A program made the position numbers and the translations under genes. From an uncultured Planctomycetaceae bacterium (GTDB lineage Bacteria > Planctomycetota > Planctomycetia > Planctomycetales > Planctomycetaceae): a DNA stretch of 64,000 nucleotides. Positions 62,901 to 64,000 of this stretch are shown piece after piece; the first letter of the stretch is position 1, and every line of letters starts with the position of its first letter. The stretch lies in contig CAWFGE010000007.1 of NCBI GenBank assembly GCA_963815195.1, forward strand, positions 128,001-192,000. Reading direction: 5' to 3'. The notes below the pieces were generated by a model. It saw only the letters and a list, made by a program, of their open reading frames with translations, had not been told where the DNA came from and searched no databases.

Positions 62901-64000
62901 TCAATGCTGTTCCTGAAGTTTCCACGCCACGTACAACCGGTGGAACGTCGTGCCTTCGCGTTCGAGATCTCGGAACCGGCCGGTCTCCACAATCCGGCCG
63001 CGGTCGAGCACCAGAATCTGATCGGCCCGCTCGAGCGTGGCCGGGCGATGCGTGACCAAGAGCGTCGTGCACTCCGGCCGGTCTTTTGACAGACGCTCCC
63101 AGAGAGCCGCTTCGGTCTCGGCGTCCAGACTGGCTGTGCAATCGTCCAGAAGCAACACCCGCGGGCGGCCGGCCAAAGCGCGGGCCAAGGCGACCCGCTG
63201 TTTCTGCCCGCCGGACAACCGCACGCCCCGCGAACCGACAACGGTCCCGAGCCCCTTCGGCCAACCGGCGAAATCACTTTGAAGCTGGGCCGTCTCGATC
63301 GCGGCCCCAATCGCCTCGTCCGTCACGTCCTTCCGCCCGAAGCGGATGTTTTCTTCCAGCGTCCCCGAAAGCAAATGCGGCTCCTGCGGCACGTAGCCCA
63401 ACCGCCTGCGCAGAAGATCGGCCGGCCAGTCGCGGGCATCCCGGCCGCCGATCGACACCCGGCCGGCCGCGGGATCCATCAGGCGTGGCGCGAGGTTCAA
63501 GAGTGTGCTTTTGCCGGCACCGACTTCCCCGGCCATCGCGGTGAGCGTGCCCGGCTCGGCGGCGAAGTTGATGTCCTCAATCGCCCATCGTTCGCTGCCC
63601 GGATAGCGGTAACTCACGCGTTCAAACTGCACCAGAAGCGGCTGCGGAAACTCGCCGGCGGCGTTTTCCTCGTCCGGCAGAGCCGAGGCAATGTGCCGGG
63701 CCGAGGGCGGCGGGGATTCGGGGATCAGAACCTCCGGCGGAAACCGCTCGACTTCCGCCACGCGGTCGATGCTGACCGCGCACAATTTCCCGCGCACGAA
63801 GAACTGCCCGATGTCGAACATCGGCCACACGAGCATCAAAACGTAAGTATCGAACGCGATCAAATCCCCCAGCGTCACATCGCCCGCGATCACCATCATC
63901 CCGCCCGCCAGCAGCACCGCCACGATCGCGAGCTGCCAGATGTTGCCGTAGAGCGAATCAATGACGGTCTGCCAGCGGACGGCTTTGATTTCCGCCCGCC
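62901..64000 (-). CDS. ABC exporter, fused permease/ATPase (5' part outside the window)
   Basis: GEVGAGKST, YVPQ, LSGGQKQR, LLLDD and VTHR. Confidence 0.93.
   Translation of the reverse strand, partial: RAEIKAVRWQTVIDSLYGNIWQLAIVAVLLAGGMMVIAGDVTLGDLIAFDTYVLMLVWPMFDIGQFFVRGKLCAVSIDRVAEVERFPPEVLIPESPPPSARHIASALPDEENAAGEFPQPLLVQFERVSYRYPGSERWAIEDINFAAEPGTLTAMAGEVGAGKSTLLNLAPRLMDPAAGRVSIGGRDARDWPADLLRRRLGYVPQEPHLLSGTLEENIRFGRKDVTDEAIGAAIETAQLQSDFAGWPKGLGTVVGSRGVRLSGGQKQRVALARALAGRPRVLLLDDCTASLDAETEAALWERLSKDRPECTTLLVTHRPATLERADQILVLDRGRIVETGRFRDLEREGTTFHRLYVAWKLQEQH

Overview
GC-rich bacterial chromosome segment, almost certainly from a planctomycete (LEPR-XLL-type giant protein, DUF1549/DUF1553 protein, DUF1080, GYF_2/DUF4190 protein, short SecA paralog). 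Most of it is housekeeping or metabolic: a DHQ-synthase-family gene, tyrS, trpC, folP, ClC, GntP and CaCA transporters, lutAB-solA, pqiAB-like genes, an M16 protease and an ABC exporter. It also holds a CDP-3,6-dideoxyhexose (paratose/tyvelose-type) cluster and many intergenic REP-like palindromes. About ten genes carry single-base frameshifts, most likely sequencing indels. The stand-out region is 51.29-58.77 kb, a decayed polymorphic-toxin cassette array. In order it contains: a possible toxin-tip remnant; a small Cys-rich immunity-like gene split by an IS1380-family element; a 5'-truncated toxin (19-aa beta-helix-like stalk, coiled coil, Gly-rich hydrophobic segment, Tox-REase-5-like nuclease) split by an IS4-family element; an intact Imm52-like gene; and a second stalk fragment about 97% identical to the first. 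Removing each IS restores its host frame exactly. Family assignments come from motif recognition by eye; no searches were run. No rRNA, tRNA or CRISPR array was seen.
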